DNA of 61,493 nucleotides, filler included, from Sphacelaria rigidula (GCA_964200075.2; 8 parts of 8 records of this genome joined end to end with filler, not necessarily neighbours in it); one strand, 5' to 3'; positions 11,901 to 23,546 are shown, counted from the whole stretch's first letter. Numbers and translations: made by a program. Notes: generated from the letters alone by a model not told the origin.

Positions 11901-13440
11901 TCAATTCGCAACAACTGGTGCCTTCCCATGGCTATATATCTCATCAACTTTCTGTCGTTTATTTAAATATTGTCGTTCTGAATCATCATAACCCCATGGT
12001 TTGTCAAGCGAAGTACAGCGGAGACTTTGAGCGGTCGCGTCTTTTTGTACGATGTGTCTTGCGTATTGCGTTTTTGAAACACAGACAGTACGCGTCAATG
12101 CTTTGTTCATCTTTGTCAAAACCGTTTCCCAGATAACTTCAGCTGCACTTTCACTCCTTGGCTTTTCCAACCACTCTAAACACCATATTCGTGAGATTCA
12201 GAGTGTAACATCGGATTCAGAGTGAGCCCGAAATAGTTGACTTTCCCGTCGATTTTGACGTCGCCACAGTTCCAGGAGTAATGCGCTCAGGTGGTGAAGC
12301 AGTGGCTTCAGTGACAGCTGTCACCTACACGATCAATTTGACACATCACTTGATCGGAACGACTTAGTCCATTGCAACGAAAAATTACCTCTTTCAGGCA
12401 AAACCGATTAGTGCCTGAAACAGTTTCAGTTCCGAAAAGCCCTCCCAGGCGTAAAAATGCTTTGTGCGGTATCTCACCAACCAGACCGCCGAATTCCTCG
12501 AATGGGGTACTGTATGGTAGCTGCATGCACAGGACGTGTGCATGCAAAAAAAAGTTGCTTGTAAGGAACGCTAGAGCGTCCACTCTGAATCCGATATTAC
12601 GCCCTGAATCTCACGAATATGGTGTTACTACCAGTCCGCACGACATTGTCGGTCATTTTTGTATACGCAAGGCATTGACACAGCCGACGAGATGGATGTT
12701 GAGTCACCTGAATGTGAAACGAGGGTTGTAAGCGTGTTGTGTCTCCATTGCCAAGAGCAAACGTGTGTCTTCCGCGTGCCATTCGTGTCTCATGCGCACG
12801 TTGCACAGTCGATCCGCCGTTCGCGTTTCTGTCTCCTGCGTGTTTACTACAATATCTAAACTGCAGGTTACATTATGCTCTTACATGTACGTCCAGTATC
12901 GGAGCACTTTGATGTGCTTTCTTTCTAGATTCCCCACTGGTGTCTGGTGTTGAAATTGTTCAGCTTCACTTCTATGGGGAGTCCCCGCGTTGGCACGCAA
13001 ACAAAGCGTTTCACGTGGGTGACGTCTCTTCAAACACAAGTTGTGCCGTATCTTTGGCACACACCACTGAAATTAAACTCACTTATTGTGGGTGCCGATA
13101 GTCAAATGATTGCCATCGCGTTCTTCATCATTCTGAGGGGTTTTTCTACACTTGTTTCTCTGGAAGCCGCGAGACGTGTGAAACGACTGAATGCGATTTG
13201 TTTACGATCGCATCTTGTCCGTTGACCGATGGAGACTAAAAACATTCGGATGCTCATACTTTTTACACGTGTTGTACTGAATCTGTCAGCCCTGCTTGTC
13301 CATATCGAGTAGTCTTTCATCTCATGACACTCGGTTCTTGTCGGTGCCTTAGCAGTTTTATCTGGTCACGATGCCTTCTTTCCGCTCTGTCTCAGGCAGT
13401 GGCGTCTTGCTCATGAAATGTTTCGTAAAAATTTCAAGCC
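11901..13440 (-). pseudogene. Decayed intronless ORF interrupted by a MITE, unknown product
   Basis: Protein-like frames with stops and frameshifts. Removing the 12179-12626 insertion and one short duplication rejoins ..SCGLV|EWLEKPRSESAAEVIWETVL.. in frame, ending at the stop at 11901. Confidence 0.5.
12179..12626. mobile_element. ~450-bp MITE with ~46-bp TIRs
   Basis: AACACCATATTCGTGAGATTCAGAGTGTAACATCGGATTCAGAGTG vs CACTCTGAATCCGATATTACGCCCTGAATCTCACGAATATGGTGTT. Probable CTA or TA duplication. Confidence 0.85.
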
Positions 13441-13509
13441 GAGATTTTTCGAAAATCAGGAAACGGTGGAGGCTCGGCGTCGGCCGCAACCCAACAAGGA
13501 ACACACACC

Positions 13510-14268
13510 ACATTCAAGTGACGAGGAGGGCAGCGAAGGTGAGGAACAGGAGACAGGAAGCCAGGGCTAGAGACTGCGCCTATGCTTGATTGAGGTGGGT
13601 ATTCTGGACGTTGACGACGAGCTTGCCGATTGCGAGGTTTCCCTACCGCTTCAAACCCCTAGCGGACATTCCCTCTTGAGCTCAGCGCCTGCCACCCTCA
13701 CTGTAGAACTTGGAGAGCAACCAGTTTGCTGCGGCTGGCTGTGGACTGGCTCAAGAGGATCATCATGCGACAGGATCATTACACGCCGCCTTTACGACTA
13801 CAGATATTTTCTCCACAGAGACGGTAGCACGCGCAGAATGAAGCGGCCGTTAGCAAAGGGCTCTGTGGATGGAGCCTCGGTCGAGGGGTCTTCGGTGCTG
13901 CTCATGTGTTCCGGGGGGACCCCCAGAACTGACGAGGAAGATAGAGAGGAAGATTCGAGGAGGAGGACTCTGAGGAGGAGGAAGGGGCGGAGATGGGGAT
14001 GGTAGTGGTATCCGCGGGGATGAGGGAAAGCAGAACGGGGAGAATGGGAGGGGGGCGGATGGGTAGGAATCGCGAGTGTGACGTGTGCCTGCAAGAGTAC
14101 AACAGTGGAAGATCTTGGAGGGCAACATCATACGATACAGTGCAAAAAACAGTACGATACGTACGGTGGGAGGATACCGAGAAGAATGAAAAAGCACAGA
14201 GTTACCGTTCTGGCGAGAAAACTGAAGAGATGTATTCATCAAAAATTGAGTTCCTTGCCATGGTATAA
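13510..14268 (+). pseudogene. Decayed intronless ORF(s) with acidic tracts, unknown product
   Basis: HSSDEEGSEGEEQETGSQG*RLRLCLIEVGILDVDDELADCEV..., an acidic EEDSEEEE tract after a frameshift, then a CDVC-containing segment ending at 14268. Confidence 0.4.
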
Positions 14269-14299
14269 CAAGAAATTTAGGCTGAACCTTACTTTTTCT

Positions 14300-15200
14300 T
14301 ATCATGAGCAGGCCGCTGCTGTGTTGTCTTCATTGTTGCACAGTGGTACTGACTGCGTTGCACCGTTGCCGCGCCATAAATTGTGGATGTTGTGTGTGTG
14401 AGGTACGATCTCCACATCCACCTCCAGAATGTTCGATGACAAGCATCTTCGATGAACTCCCCTTTTGAAGAACTTTCATTCCTCCCTCTGGAAACCGTCC
14501 ACTTTTCCCGACGAGATGGGCACAAACAGCCCTTGCTTGGAAACAACATTGATGTCGGAAAACGTCTCCAGAAATGTTTTCACACGAGAGGCCTCCAAAA
14601 GATACGTTGTTGGAAATTAATATTGGAAAAACCCGCAAGATTCCTTCGGAGACTTTTTTTCGGATAGAAAGAAGCGGCCTCGAGACATTTTATGTTCGTG
14701 GATCGTTTCAAAAAGCCCTTGGCTCACGTCGTGATAGTTTTATTTTCATACTCATATCCCGACTGAAAGTCGATGAAGGCACTGTCTCCCAGTTGCTGTT
14801 CCATATTGACAAATACCTCCATTGTTTCGCTCGACGTATGCAATTCAGGGTATCAAGAAAGGTAATAAAGATCGACAACCCGGAAAAAACTCATATGCCA
14901 CCGAATTGGTGGGGGTTGATACAGCTTTTGTCAGGATTGGATCAGATTCGGGCCTGTGAATGCCAACTAAGATTTTACTGCTTTAGCTGACGGGTTCCAC
15001 CCAATCATCTTGAATTGAACCACTCGCGACCTAGTGTTGCCCTACCTTGTTTCGGCCGTTCCATGACATTCAAGGCCTTCCCAAGAGTTGGATATATGAT
15101 CCGTGTCGTGCAATAATACTGGAAAAAGTTTCAAGACCGTGTTTTGAGAGGTGGGTATGTTCGTTAGGTGATGGCATTTTTCACCAAACTTACAGTGTTG
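14300..15200 (-). pseudogene. Decayed intronless reading frame, unknown product
   Basis: Minus-strand segments ..ETMEVFVNMEQQLGDSAFIDFQSGYEYENK.. and ..LEASRVKTFLETFSDINVVSKQGLFVPISSGKVDGF.. are separated by stops and a frameshift. Confidence 0.4.
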
Positions 15201-15230
15201 TCGGGTACCGGAATAGAGGTCTTACAAGCC

Positions 15231-15300
15231 GGCCGCCCCGGTGGCTCAGTTGGTAACCTCGTAACCTTCTGATGGTTGAGCAGTGGGGTTCGATTCGCGT
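15231..15300 (+). mobile_element. tRNA-derived SINE head (truncated by contig end)
   Basis: Pol III A box TGGCTCAGTTGG (15242-15253) and B box GGTTCGATTC (15287-15296) at tRNA spacing. The anticodon arm does not fold like a real tRNA. Confidence 0.65.
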
Positions 15301-15848
15301 NNNNNNNNNNNNNNNNNNNNNNNNNNNNNNNNNNNNNNNNNNNNTTAATTAATTAANNNNNNNNNNNNNNNNNNNNNNNNNNNNNNNNNNNNNNNNNNNN
15401 AAAACCTCTTACATATCTTATCCCCGTCCTACGACAGGGGGGTGGGGTGGGGGGGGGGGTATTTGGTTGCTCGAAACAAGGGGGTTCATGGATATCGCAT
15501 GTATACAACGCTCAATCACGCCGCAATTTTGTTGCGAAACAGCAGTCTGAGGAGGAGAAGCGCTGAGTTGTAGCAAACAAGTGCGCTGCCATCAGGTAGG
15601 GCCTAGCCATTGACACACAAGCACCTGTCAATGTTCGAGATACTGCACGTACAGACATCATTCACGGTGTGGCTGTAGAGGTACCAGAGAATCATTGATA
15701 GGCTCAGGTGAAGGTACGCGCCGCTTTGCGAATTGGCCCTGCAAGCACTAGCTAGTCTCTGATGGGTATGGATATTTCGATGCAAGATCGGCTTTCTGAA
15801 GTGGCCCAACTCTCGCTTGGTTCTCCTGACATGCGAGTTAATAGTATC

Positions 15849-16059
15849 TGTAATGCGTGAGAGGACCGCGTGCTTAGAGGACCGCGCCGTGGTTCAAAAC
15901 ACGTCAGGATCGACGTTTTTCAAAACCAATCGGGTCAGTCCCCGGAGGTACCACACCCCTGACCATAACCCCAACACTAACCCTTACCCTAACCCTAACC
16001 ATAGGGATGTTCAAATTCCGACGCGGTCCTCTAAGCACGCGGTCCTCTCACGCATTACA
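15849..16059 (+). mobile_element. 211-bp TGT...ACA MITE with telomere-type repeats, TSD GTATC
   Basis: Perfect TIR TGTAATGCGTGAGAGGACCGCGTGCTTAGAGGACCGCG / CGCGGTCCTCTAAGCACGCGGTCCTCTCACGCATTACA; GTATC at 15844-15848 and 16060-16064. Confidence 0.95.
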
Positions 16060-16799
16060 GTATCTCTAACGACCCAGCTGAACTCGAGCCGTTGTGTACG
16101 TCGCCGTGAAGCCGTTTTGCGAAATGGCCCTGCAAGCACTGGCCAGCCTCTGATAAGTTGTCGAGTACAGTGGTTGAGCAGCATAAATATTTATCATGCT
16201 GCCCTCCCGCGGGTTCGCTTCATACATGTCATCTACCCGGGATGTAGTGGGGCAAGGGGGTCGTAAAGTAACACATCTGGTATTGCACAGATTCTATCTC
16301 AATTTTGTAGCCCTTGGGTAGTCGTGGGTTGATGGCGGGGGGAGGTTGTATTGTGTTTTCCTCTTCCATGTCAAGATGGATGGGGGGGGGCATAACGCTC
16401 CTTGTTTGTTTTTTCTGTCGAAGATCAAGATGGGGTGGGGTGTGTGGAACTCATGGTTTATGGCCACGATGGTTACTACATATATATATATATATTCTCG
16501 GGAGTATGGCAGAGGTGTCATACACCACGGTTCTCAACAGTTTGAATGGGTCTACGGGATGGTCCTCGTACGGGTTGCGAATAGTTGGCAGTATTACTCA
16601 TAGTATCGTACTGAGGCCGGCGTCTTTTACTTTTCTTTGGGGGGGGGGGGGGGGGGGGCATATATGTGTTCGTATTCTGTCCTTAAAGCGGCAGGATCAT
16701 TTGATGCAAACGCAGGAAGCACACACGACATAATAAACTGCAAGGAAATCTTATTATTGACCCCAACGGGTTGGACACGTTGATACCTGTCCAAATTCG

Positions 16800-16975
16800 G
16801 GGCCTTGTGCAACGTACCTCGTGCAACGTACCTTACAGGACCTTGTGCAAGGTACCTTTTGCAAGGTACCTTACAGGACCTTGCGCAAGGTACCTTGCGG
16901 AGCCTGACACGTTGCCAAATGCGGATAACCTACCTTGCCTGGGCAGGTTGAGGCAAGGTGCCGGCAAGGTCCTGG
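16800..16975. repeat. Tandem array of palindromic GCAAGGTACCTT units
   Basis: At least five variants of (t)gcaa(g/c)gtacct(t), interleaved with acaggacctt. Confidence 0.75.
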
Positions 16976-17009
16976 AGCCTACCCCCAGTGACCACCTGTG
17001 CGTCTGAAG

Positions 17010-17560
17010 CAATATTAATGGTTATGCCCGGGACCTCCGTTCCGTTGACTCTGGCGGGAACCTGCACCCTCGTTGATGCAGGTTGCAGCGTTGCCGGCTT
17101 CCTAGGATAGCGGGCCAACGAAGACATGACAAAAGACTTGGATTTTGTCGAGCTTGGGGGCAAACATTTAGATCTGTGCTTTTTATTACTTTTTAGAGAC
17201 ATCTTACTTACAAAAGCAGATTGGGCGGCGATGTCCAGGTGATGATGCCTCCCACGTAACATCTTATCTTGACCTGTTTATTCCCCACTTGCTCTTGTAT
17301 TCTAGCCTTTGCAACCGTAGCTCCTCCCACATATACTCTCTTACATGATCTCACAGAAGAAGCTACGCCTTGGCTAGCAAATTTCACACCTTTCTTGTCC
17401 TTTTTATTTCCCACAAGAGGGTCGGCACCCATTTCGTGGTGCACAGTTTTTTCCCTCGGTTTTTCTTACCTTCGCGTAACGCGTGCTACCTTAGAACCTC
17501 CATCATTGATAGGTTCTACGGTAGTGGCTCTTTTCGCTTCACATACTCTACAGAAGTTTC
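17010..17560 (-). pseudogene. Possible Ty3/gypsy gag C-terminus / protease start remnant
   Basis: A Lys-rich segment, a degenerate zinc-knuckle-like RCYVGG..HHH, then VQVPARVNGTEVP, which resembles the strands preceding a retroviral-type protease. No D-T/S-G motif is seen. Confidence 0.35.
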
Positions 17561-18636
17561 AGTATGGCATGATTCGTCACCCAGGTATAGAATGTCGACC
17601 CCCATAAAACGGGGGGCCTTGATGTATTGTTTTTACACCCACATAACATTCCCTGGGTCTCCCAGAGTACTGCCGCTGAGCGTGGTTAAAACGTTGGCTG
17701 AAACGTGTTATGATCACACCTCGTCGCCTTCTAGTAGATCGAAATCGAGCCGGCCTCTCCCTTTGGCGAATCTGGTTGGATGGCTTTGAAAATTCTGGGA
17801 AAGTGAGTACCAGTGTGCCCGTCAGAAACCGTTATGTTCTGCAAGACTGCGTCATGTTCAGGCTTCCAACGTTTAGTGCTGCGCAGTCACTTCTACGAGG
17901 TTCGGCATAAGTTACCTTACGAACGGAATCGTGCCTATCACTGAAAGTAATTGCTTGCGATGTTGGTCGGTTTGGTCATCTCCTACTTCGATACCATTGA
18001 CAGCGTGTGTCTCAGGTACTGTTTTGGTCCAAGCTTGACTGCCGATGGTTCAGGGATCACGACCGACGCTGTTTTCAGAGTTTGAGCTTGCGTTCGAGTC
18101 AGTAGGGTGAACCTCCTACCGTATCACAAGGTCAAACAGATGAATCCAACATTGATTCATCGGTAAATTATCCACAATTTCCGGTGGTGAGCCGCAATTT
18201 CTTAATTTAACTATCCAGATCAAAATTTCTGCGTGGATTTGACCGGATGATCTTTTGGAGTGAAAATGGGTAGCTCCGATTTGAAATCAACGATCCTTGC
18301 CTACAGCCTTGTTCCTTACTCTGGCGGCAGGTTGAAGAGGCGTCAACCCATTATGTAACGCCACCCATCCTTTGGGCTACCGAGTGACATGAAACATAAT
18401 ATCAGTCCGCGAGTTGAGCTATTCATGTTGAACGACCGTGGACACATCGCTTGTTCGACGGCTGTATTACAAAGGCTGCTTAGGAGATGAGTCGAAATAC
18501 GGAGGCTGTTCATATTAGACACCGCACTCCGTTTTTTTCTCGACTCTTGGATGCTATTGGACTGTGTGTGCTCCCTCCTAATTTCAAGAGTTTGTTGGTT
18601 ATGGGTTTTTCCCCCACCTAGGCACCTCTCCCTTGT

Positions 18637-18962
18637 TGCATGCGTTTTGTGATGTAGAGTGTTGAACCGTCTGCAATTTGCAACTCCTCTCAACTTGTGA
18701 GCTGTGAGATGCGGCAAGGCCGTCCATACACCTTCTTTCGCTTGCTAAATGGAAGGATATGATGAGGTAGTGAATTCGCAGATTGGGTAGTTACCTATAC
18801 ATCTCCATTTGCATGCGTTTTGAGATGTGAACTTTCAAACTGTCTGCAATTTTCAACTCCTGTCAACTTGTGAGCTGTGAGATGCGGCAAAACCGTTTGT
18901 ACACCTTGCGCGTGCTAAATGGTCGGGTATGTAAGGTAGTGCATTTGCAGCTTAGGTACTAC
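18637..18962. repeat. Tandem duplication of a ~170-bp unit
   Basis: 18637-18794 and 18810-18962 align (TGCATGCGTTTTG...TCAACTTGTGAGCTGTGAGATGCGGCAA...GCTAAATGG). Confidence 0.85.
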
Positions 18963-19699
18963 TTTTTTCGGTGCTATCTCGAATCACCGCGTTTATAGAG
19001 GTCGGTCTGCTTGATTGATTGCCATGCCTCTAGTACTACGCGGTGGTGAGAGGTGAGTTGATGGGTGTGCTTTCGCAATTTGACAAGTCCTGAAGGTGAC
19101 ATGTGATGCACCCTACAGAGGCTGATTTCGCGCTGACCCGAACACACTACCACTCTGACCTCTCAACCGAAAGCATTGTGCACATGACCCATGCATTTCA
19201 CCTACTATTGCACTGCTTGAACAACCCTGGCGTCCCTGGCGTCCAAGCAACGTCTTGTTGTTTGTGCTCATGAGCGTCTCGATCGGTGTAGTAGGTGTCG
19301 CCGTATCTGCCCTACCGAAAAATATCTAGTGTTCCCCGCACACTTGTCTGAAACTGGTGTTCGCTAATGTGGAAGTCGTGAAACTCCCGGTGACGGTAGC
19401 AAACGTCGGAGGTGGCCGATGATTTCCCTCGGGTTATGTAGTCAAGGATTGACTGTAAGGGCTGAGGCAAAGTGGATCACTCGGGAAAGCTCGACGAGCG
19501 CGAGCGAGTTAGCCCGATGACGAAGTCTAAGAGTCTACGTCAAGAGTGATGCCGCAGGAATAGCCAGCGGTTCGCTTAGAAGATCTCTGTTACCTTGGGG
19601 TCCCAGATCCGGCTGTACATATATGGGAGTTTCGGGGCTCCTGCTAAACTTGCCCCTGTAACAGCCGTTCACTAGATTACACGTCATAAAAGGAAATCT

Positions 19700-22600
19700 C
19701 TCCGCACATGCCCAAATGGCGATCTTCACAGAGCAACAGGACCGTGAGCACCAACACCGGCAACAACAATAATCAGCACCGTCGCAGCAACCCCCGTCGT
19801 CGCAACAACAACCGCAACAACCACAATAACAACAACGACAACAGGAACATCAGCATCAACAACTTCGATGGACATCAACGCCAAGCTATTACTGCCATCG
19901 CCGATCCAGCTTCCACGACAGTACCATCGAATGATGAAGGTCAACATATTTTGACACCCTCTGCTGAAACTGTGATCGATCCATGTCAACTATCAAACGG
20001 CATGGGATTTTCCTTCCATCCAGGTTCACATGTTAATGATAACCACTGTACACCAGATCGAAATTATTTCAAGATGGTAGTTGACAGTGGCTCCAGCGGA
20101 CAGTTTTTGGATGATCAGCTGTTGCCGAATATCGAATGTGAAGTGGTCGACTACGTGAAGCTTGATCCACACATCAGTATCCTTACTGTTGGACGTCATC
20201 TACTATATGGTACGGGAAAAGGCGTTATCACCATCATCGCCACTGATTCTGAAGGGATCGAGCGTGCTGTTCGGCTCCCTGCCCTAATTGTTCCAGGTCT
20301 CGGGAAACATTTGTTCTCGCTTACCGGAGCACTGGCGAAGGGTGTTTCGACCATTTTTCCAGAAACTCTCACGTAGACCTTGGAACCTTCAAAGTGCCTA
20401 TCAACAGTGACTTCAGCGGAACACTTATGTACACTCGCTTGAAGATTTCTCGGAAACCAAGTATCACCAACTTCAGCTCAGCACTGACGGTCATAACTAT
20501 GCCAGTGGAACTTATGGTCATTGGCACTATTCATGTAGCAAAAACAGTCCAAGACATGGCCGACGATTCAACAGTCTTATCTACCACGGTGGGAGCAGAC
20601 TTGGGCACAAGTGACTCGGACATCCTACGGAACAGGTCATGCGATGTCTTCAGAATATCCCCCAATCAGGTGTGAGGTTTGAACGATCGCTGCCGCCTTG
20701 CGAAACCTGCAAAATCAGTAAGAGTGTACAGCAGGATCATCCCAAAACTGTAGACTCCACCAATATTTCGGAACGATTGCACTGGTCAGTGCCGACCTGT
20801 CAAAATCCATTTCACCTGCTGCAACGTGAGGCTTTCGTTATATATATGAAGAAAATTACGGATTACTACACGCGGTTCAAGGCAGTTTACTTTATAAAGA
20901 CAAAGGACAAAACCCTCACTACGCTCTGCCGCTTCATCCAAGATCTGGCTATCCTTTTAGGGCTCTGCGTACAACGCCTTCGGTCAGGCCGCGGGGGTGA
21001 ATATATTGCGGACTACTTTAGAAGATACTGCAAAGCCACGGGTATTCTTCAAGAATTTACAGCCCCGTACACACCTCAACAAAATGGCATTTCCGAACGA
21101 GACAGAATAAATATCCTGAATATTACGCGCTGCATCTTGATAGAAGCGAATTTACCGAAGATTCTTTGGGGGGAAAATGCGGAAACTGCGGTCTTTTTTA
21201 TCAACTGCTAGCCACACACAAGCATCGGGGGAGATACCCCATACCATCGGGTATTTCTCGAGCAACCGAATCTGTCGTTTTTGATAACCATCGGTTCGAG
21301 GGTGTCTGTGCACAAGGAGCGCCATCAGAGTAAATTAGAAGAAAAGTCTTGAGAAAGACTATTAATAGGATATGATTCTGATAGCCCATCTCACCGCATC
21401 TACGACCGCTACTCGGGAAGGATATCGAGGTCCCCCAACGTCACCTTCATCGAGCAGGTAGTCGGATCTCCTCACAGGGATGAAGATTTTTCTGCACCAT
21501 CCTAGGGAACGACAACTCCAAATAGTATCATCTACAGCACGACACATCTTCGACGGAATCGCACAGCTGGAAGATGACATCATCAACGACACTTCACCTA
21601 TCCAAGGTCCACTAAGCACTTCAGTGAAATTATGTTCATCTGGCGGTGTCAAACACTCCACATCTGCACCGATTGAGCAACCTTGAAATAGAGAACTGCG
21701 GCGACTAGCTCTTACATCTGCAGAAAAAATGCATACTACTACGACACTGGAAACGGAATGCCAGTACATTGGAACTGTAGACATCGACCAAGTTGTGCCA
21801 CCTGCGTCCATTTCGGTTCCTGGTAATTATCGCGCAGTATCATGTTCGCCTTATGCAAAAATGTGGAGAGCAGCTATGCTGGACGAACTTCAAAGCATTA
21901 AAAACCATCGGGTGGCCGACATCACCCCTGCTAGTTCTGTACCTCCTGATAACAATATGATAGGCACGAGATGGGTCTTCGAGGTCAAAGCTGATGGACG
22001 ACTCAAAGCTCGGCTGGTAGTTCAAGGATGGGCTCAGAGGCATGGGCTCGACTGCAGAAGTACATTCGCCCCTGTTTGCCGGCTAGGAAGTCAGCGATTG
22101 CTACTGGCAATTGCCCCTGCAAAAAAATGGCCCGTTTGAGCCCTCGACGTCCAAATAGCATATCTCAACGGGAAGTTTCAAGAAACGGTGTTTTGCGAAC
22201 AAGTGCCTGACTTTGAAATTCTATATCCCACTTGAGGAAAAGCGCATATGATGCAGCTTAGGAGAGCGCTTCATGGACTTTGGCAGTCACCGAACGTGTG
22301 AAACTCTACGATCGATACAGAGTTGAAACAATTAGGTTTTTCCGCCACTGCAAGCGATCCATGTGTCTACAAGAAAGGGTCCCATAGTGGATATATCATG
22401 TTGTCACTGTTCGTAGATGACATACTGATGACAGGTCCATCCATCAATCTGCTGCATCAAGTACAAGACTTGCTGAAGACAGAACTCTCCATATCCGAGC
22501 TAGGATCGGTATCCCTGATCCTTGGCGTGGAGGTAGTCAGAGATGAAGCACGAGGTACTCTAAAGTTATCGCAGCATAATTACGTGAAATTCCTACTTGA

Positions 22601-22810
22601 AAAAATTGGGATGGATTCATCTAACCTGGTCCATACACCCGGAACCCAACACCAACTGATCGAAGACGCGCCTGGAGACAACTTCCTGGAGCCGTCAGAG
22701 AAAACAAAGTATCAAGCTGTGGTTGGGAGCCTCATCTTTCTGGCGCAGAGTACAAGATTTGACATTGCATTTGGTGTTTCTGAAGTAGGACATCATATGG
22801 GCAAGCCGAA
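19700..22810 (+). mobile_element. Decayed Ty1/copia LTR retrotransposon pol (PR-IN-RT), truncated
   Basis: Domain order is protease (VVDSGSS), GAG-pre-integrase (HK*LGHP..CETC), integrase (DYYTRF, RLRSGRGGEY, APYTPQQNGISER), then RT (WRAAMLDELQS, KARLVVQG, TFAPV, LDVQIAYLNG, LFVDDILMTG). Many stops and frameshifts; RNase H and LTRs not seen. Confidence 0.95.
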
Positions 22811-23099
22811 AAAAGGCATCGGGGCCTGTCTAGAGAACAGGGAAGACGCCCTCCTTCACCTTTTCCGTCTATCCTCCCAAGTTGCAACAGCCTATGACCT
22901 CCTGACATCGGGATAATTATTACATATGGAAACCTACTCGTACTGGTACTACTGTACCGAGCTATTCAGAGTGTGCTGCAGGTTGCGACATGGGCTGACN
23001 NNNNNNNNNNNNNNNNNNNNNNNNNNNNNNNNNNNNNNNNNNNTTAATTAATTAANNNNNNNNNNNNNNNNNNNNNNNNNNNNNNNNNNNNNNNNNNNN

Positions 23100-23334
23100 G
23101 TAGGTGCTCAGGCAAGACGAATAGACGACGGAAACTCTTCGCAGCTTGGTGTTTCGGGACGTGGAAAAATTGGCGCATGCTGGTAAGATCGATGATGCCA
23201 GTCTCTCCAGCGATTGGTAATCGCCGAGCGAGGACACACAAAGAACACGGGCGAGGAGCTTCCTCTCTGTCGTTGCTTCTCTCTCTGGTGATATCGCCAT
23301 CGACACGCGTGTATACAGCATTCGTTGGGCGCAC
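23100..23334 (-). pseudogene. RWP-RK (NIN-like) domain-like fragment with apparent frameshift, cut by contig end
   Basis: IDLTSMRQFFHVPKHQAAKSF then, after a 1-nt shift, VYSSCLSTY, which matches the RWP-RK N-terminal pattern (LxxLxxYFxxPxxxAAKxLGVxxxxLKxxCR). The RWP motif would fall beyond the contig end. Confidence 0.45.
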
Positions 23335-23546
23335 CTAGCCCGAACTGCCCAACTCCTCCTGCGGAGTGTTGGGGGGAAACACCTTCGTTTCGTGTTACTG
23401 TTTGGTATTTTCCCAGCGGGAGCGATTTGCGGGTCGAACCTCATCTTATAGTTCAACCCCAAGAATTAGAATCGACTGTTGCATACTGGCCAGCCTCCTC
23501 AAACCTCATTTCATTGATCGACCCCATTTTAGAGAGTCCCCTGTTA

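Noticed and set aside
13850-14305. A32-like packaging ATPase on the minus strand (FLMNT...YPPTVR)
   Set aside because: The resemblance is superficial, no Walker A/B motifs were found upstream, and the plus strand looks more coding here.
15231-15300. tRNA gene
   Set aside because: A and B boxes are present but there is no convincing cloverleaf. It is better explained as a SINE head; similar heads lie at ~44681 (+) and ~3055-3110 (-).
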